In this document: positions 60,585 through 64,000 of the stretch, in pieces
How the letters are laid out: every line of letters starts with the position of its first letter
Numbering within the stretch: position 1 is the stretch's first letter
Assembly: GCA_964521915.1 (NCBI GenBank)
Contig: CAZFTP010000004.1
Coordinates: 67,363 to 131,362 of the forward strand
Direction: 5' to 3'
DNA: 64,000 nt
DNA from: an uncultured Candidatus Marinamargulisbacteria bacterium
Lineage (GTDB): Bacteria > Margulisbacteria > Marinamargulisbacteria > CAZFTP01
Notes under the pieces: generated by a model
The model's database searches: none
Told to the model about the DNA's origin: nothing
The model's input: only the letters and a program-made list of their open reading frames with translations
Program-made: the position numbers and the translations under genes

Positions 60585-60975
60585 TAACAAGCTAGATTAA
60601 CTTTATTTTAAAACTAACAACTCTGCTTTTTTCATAAAATTACTACGCCAGGGAATAGTACCATAGAAAATTTCAGAATGTAGGTTAATTGGTTTTGCCT
60701 CTTTAAGATAAGATAGTGATCGGTATTTATATCAATATTTAAACCGCATCTGGCTAGTTCTGCTTTTAGTTTTTTAATTTCACTTTGAGAATAGAATTCG
60801 GAAACAATAAAATTTTCATCATAATTTACTGCTAAAATTTTCTGCGCAAATGCTTTCCTTTGAATTATATTTTTCTGGATTAAAAACAATTATTCAAAAC
60901 AACAGGATTTTATTTTGTATATCCATGTGACTTTTGTAGCTTTGCCACATGGATATACAAATCTGTCTTAAACTT

Positions 60976-62628
60976 CTAAACTAATACTTTTTCTTTTAAA
61001 ATATTTGTAGCTTTTAAATCTTCTATTTCCGTAATAAAAGCAACCCCAGTTTCTTTTTCAGTTTCTCTATTTGCAGAATAAATATCATCTCTGGTTATTG
61101 CATTTAAAGAAAACTTTCTCGCCCCTGCCATAAACTGCTGTAAACCAGCACCTAATTTATCTGCTAAAGTCCAAATAGCAATTGCCCCTAGTGGAACAGA
61201 TTTAATTAAGTCTGACCCTACTTTTTTCTTAACATCATAATAGCCAGCAAAAATTTCTTCTGCACTACCTGCTCCTATATCAGTAACACCACTTGGCAAC
61301 TTATCCCATAAACCATTAACAGATTGCTTTCTAGCTGGATTTAAAACCCCTTCAATATTTGAGCCTAAAAATCCTGGAATCATTAAAGCTCTACCCATAC
61401 AAACTAATTTAGTAAATGGTGCACCTAAAGCTAATGCTTTAAAAATATGATCTTCTCTAGCTAAACCGCCGGCAAAAGCTATATCAACTACCTTTTTACC
61501 TTGTTCAGCTAAAATAGAAGCGTATTCATAAGCTTTTGCATGTAAAAGTATTGACGGTACACCCCACGATTCCATCATATTCCAAGGGCTCATACCAGTA
61601 CCGCCGCCAGAACCATCAATAGTTAATAAATCTAATTCGGCAGAAGTAGCAAATTTAATAGCCATAGCTAATGCCTGCATACCATAAGAACCAGTTTTTA
61701 AAGAAATTCGTTTATAACCTATTTTTCGTAAATGATTAACCGCTTGCATAAAATTAGCTTCTACTTCTTCCACGGAGTTTAAATCCGTATAACCTAAACG
61801 GCTATGTCTAGCAATAGATTTAATTGCCCCGCTTTTAAAAGCTTCTTGAATTTCCGGTAAAGTAGGATCTGGGTCAACCACATAACCACGATTTTTTAGA
61901 AAAATAGCATAATCTAAATTATTGACTTGAATTTCACCGCCAATATCTTTAGCTCCTTGCCCCCACTTTAATTCGATTACTGCTTTATCTCCATATTTTT
62001 CAATTACATACTCCGCTACTCCGTTACGGGTATCTTCAACATTTAATTGAACTATAATAGCTCCATAACCATCATAAAATTTTAAAAACGTATCTATTCT
62101 GCGATCTAATTCCGGCGCTTTAATTATTTTGCCGTTTTCAATTACTGCAGATTTATCAATACCAACTACATTTTCACCAACAACAATAGGAAAACCAACC
62201 AAAGCGGCACCAATAGCAAAAGACTCCCAATATTTTGCCGCAATAAAGGTAGATCCTAAAGCACCGGTCATAATAGGTAAACGACATTTAGTTTTTACTT
62301 TACTGCCAAATTCTGTTTCTAAACTAACATTAGGGAAAATACAATCATCAGCAGAATTAGTTATACCTTTTGGTAAACCATTTGCTCCAAAATTATAGCC
62401 TTGAATTCTTAAAGAATTATAAGAAACACCTACATGCGTAGTATTAGCGCTTCCTGAAGTTATGGTTCCAAAATCTCTTGGATAAAGCATTTTTCTACCA
62501 ACTAAACTAGATAACCAAGTTTCACACTTACCTTGACAATCTGCCCTACATAAAGTACAAAGGCTAGATTCACAAGGGTTACCACGATTAACTGTACCCA
62601 AAGCATCATTATGTTTATTTATAACCAT
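60976..62628 (-). CDS. FMN-binding glutamate synthase family protein (GltS FMN domain, archaeal-type large subunit)
   Basis: 550 aa. N-terminal Cys-rich CTLCRADCQGKC. The central TIM-barrel FMN/Fe-S region reads GSGGGTGMSPW... Confidence 0.65.
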   Translation of the reverse strand: MVINKHNDALGTVNRGNPCESSLCTLCRADCQGKCETWLSSLVGRKMLYPRDFGTITSGSANTTHVGVSYNSLRIQGYNFGANGLPKGITNSADDCIFPNVSLETEFGSKVKTKCRLPIMTGALGSTFIAAKYWESFAIGAALVGFPIVVGENVVGIDKSAVIENGKIIKAPELDRRIDTFLKFYDGYGAIIVQLNVEDTRNGVAEYVIEKYGDKAVIELKWGQGAKDIGGEIQVNNLDYAIFLKNRGYVVDPDPTLPEIQEAFKSGAIKSIARHSRLGYTDLNSVEEVEANFMQAVNHLRKIGYKRISLKTGSYGMQALAMAIKFATSAELDLLTIDGSGGGTGMSPWNMMESWGVPSILLHAKAYEYASILAEQGKKVVDIAFAGGLAREDHIFKALALGAPFTKLVCMGRALMIPGFLGSNIEGVLNPARKQSVNGLWDKLPSGVTDIGAGSAEEIFAGYYDVKKKVGSDLIKSVPLGAIAIWTLADKLGAGLQQFMAGARKFSLNAITRDDIYSANRETEKETGVAFITEIEDLKATNILKEKVLV

Positions 62629-63106
62629 TATATCTCTCCTTTTTTTAAAGCTAAATTATATTGTATGATATTTTCTAATAGTACTGCAAGTAAATGTTTT
62701 TTAAGGTAGCCCCCAAGTGATAATGTCCCTTTTTTAGAAAAGTAAATAAACGGAAAGAAAAGGTTTTCCATCATTTCCACAGCTATCTAACCGTGTCAAA
62801 AATGATTTAAAAAATCGTTCAAACCAAATAATTATCTTAGGAGTATCTTTTCTTGGCATGCTTTTATAATAGCTTTACTATTAATTATTGCAACAAGAAA
62901 AAAATTTGAATACCTCACGCAGAACGCCCTCTCCCATTCGTGGGAGAGGGTTAAAGTAAAGAGGGTTTAGTTCGATTTTTTTATCTCTTATTATTTTTTT
63001 GTGAATGTTTTATGCTCAGCTTCTTTTTTTAGATCGGACAGGAGTGATTTCTTTTAATAATTCACTAAAAATAATTTTTAATTGTTCTTTTTCTTCCATA
63101 ATAAAA

Positions 63107-63637
63107 TTAAGGTACTAATTCTTTGTTAACGTTTGTATAGCCAAAAGGTCTAACACCGCCATTATACAAGCCTTGGCTTGCTCTGTAGCTTAGAACATCA
63201 ATTAGCCTTTCCGAGGTTTGTTCGCGCTCTAATTGGGCAAAAACAAGGGCAATCCTAAGCATGGCTTTACCAAGAGCTGTGGTCGTATCAAAACTTTCTC
63301 TGATGGAGATGAACTCAATGTTTTTTTCTTGTAACAGCTTCATAAAATCTTCAAAATCCAAAAGAGACCTGGAAAGCCGATCAATTTTTTTAACTACCAC
63401 TGCGTTAATCTTTTGAGATTTTTCGTCAGTTAACAATGTTTGATACTCGGGACAGTTAATGTTTCCGCCTGATTTACCCCTTTCTATTAATACCCGATGG
63501 ATTTTAAAGTTACGGTAATTGCAGAACTTTTTAAGTTCGTTTTCCTGTTCTTCTAAGGAATCACCTTCTTTGACTTGGCGATCAGTTGAAACTCTGATGT
63601 ATAGATCAACAACTAGCTTTTGATTTTCTTCTTGCAT
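63107..63637 (-). CDS. truncated large serine recombinase (catalytic resolvase domain only)
   Basis: 176 aa. YIRVSTDRQ catalytic Ser motif and the resolvase N-domain through GRPFGY. The recombinase/zinc-ribbon domains expected downstream are absent. Confidence 0.6.
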   Translation of the reverse strand: MQEENQKLVVDLYIRVSTDRQVKEGDSLEEQENELKKFCNYRNFKIHRVLIERGKSGGNINCPEYQTLLTDEKSQKINAVVVKKIDRLSRSLLDFEDFMKLLQEKNIEFISIRESFDTTTALGKAMLRIALVFAQLEREQTSERLIDVLSYRASQGLYNGGVRPFGYTNVNKELVP

Positions 63638-63656
63638 GATTTTTAGTCCTTTTTTT

Positions 63657-64000
63657 TTAGCGAAGGTAAACTGCTTTAAACCCGCCGTCCAAACAACCGC
63701 CGCAACGAAGTGCTACCCATTTAACATTAGAAAACTCAGGTAAAATTACAGGATTAAAATTCAATTTATGAGAAAACCCCTGTGCATCAACTGGGAAAAC
63801 CTCTAAGGGCAAATGTGCATTAACTGCTTTTGAGATGGTAAAAATCGTGCCTTTTGAAGCTGGCATAAGAAAAGCAACTAAGCCATAGCAAGCTTCAATT
63901 AAACGTTCGTTGCGTTTAAGAAGTGCCATTTTAACCACATGAGGGGGAACTTGTTTAGAAACATAACCCCAAAAAATGGAAGCCCCATTTTTTTGCGCTT
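63657..64000 (-). CDS. hypothetical protein, C-terminal part (gene continues beyond window end)
   Basis: The minus-strand frame stays open to position 64000. The tail contains LRCGGCLDGG. Confidence 0.35.
   Translation of the reverse strand, partial: AQKNGASIFWGYVSKQVPPHVVKMALLKRNERLIEACYGLVAFLMPASKGTIFTISKAVNAHLPLEVFPVDAQGFSHKLNFNPVILPEFSNVKWVALRCGGCLDGGFKAVYLR

Noticed and set aside
60632-60889. 85-aa minus-strand ORF in the region between the hydrolase gene and the glutamate-synthase-family gene
   Set aside because: No RBS, no recognisable domain, C-terminal part hydrophobic junk. Kept only as part of an unexplained-region note.

Overview
This 64 kb window is AT-rich (my visual estimate is about 30% GC) and looks like chromosomal DNA from a diderm bacterium (it encodes a TolC/HlyD/ABC exporter). 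It is mostly housekeeping genes.

Features I can support:
- A large PFOR-family oxidoreductase (1570 aa).
- A split cobalamin-dependent methionine synthase: the MetH core at 52202-54670 and a stand-alone reactivation domain at 12028-12846.
- purA, ruvC, ribH, nadC, bioB, bioF, carA, cca, rnhC, sppA, a SemiSWEET transporter and a GH57 glucan enzyme.
- Two tRNAs: Glu-CTC (+) and Leu-TAG (-).
- A complete type I-B CRISPR-Cas locus at about 33.1-46.8 kb, in the order cas6 - [three non-cas genes] - cas8b-cas7-cas5-cas3-cas4-cas1 - [MNT/HEPN pair] - cas2. It is followed by a 24-repeat array (30-nt repeat ending ATTGAAAC) plus a degenerate distal repeat.

Things worth a second look:
- The three non-cas genes inside the cas operon are a Pyr_excise-like protein, a DUF4143 AAA ATPase and a small membrane protein.
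- Two HEPN/MNT modules sit at the cas locus. One MNT is broken at an A9 homopolymer.
- A 4-spacer block is duplicated inside the array.
- A genome-specific family of GC-rich hairpin repeat modules (AAGGGGC-n-GCCCCTT, AAGGGAC-n-GTCCCTT) is dispersed through intergenic regions. Copies also lie in-frame inside both halves of the split methionine synthase and at the 3' end of another ORF, which resembles Rickettsia palindromic elements.
- Homologous composite copies of these modules precede two secreted-protein genes.
- Smaller items: a MerR-DegV fusion, a 7TM-GAF histidine-kinase-like protein lacking the phospho-acceptor His, a SET-domain-like gene relic upstream of metH, and a truncated serine recombinase at the window edge.

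All calls come from reading the sequence and the six-frame translations. No database search was possible.
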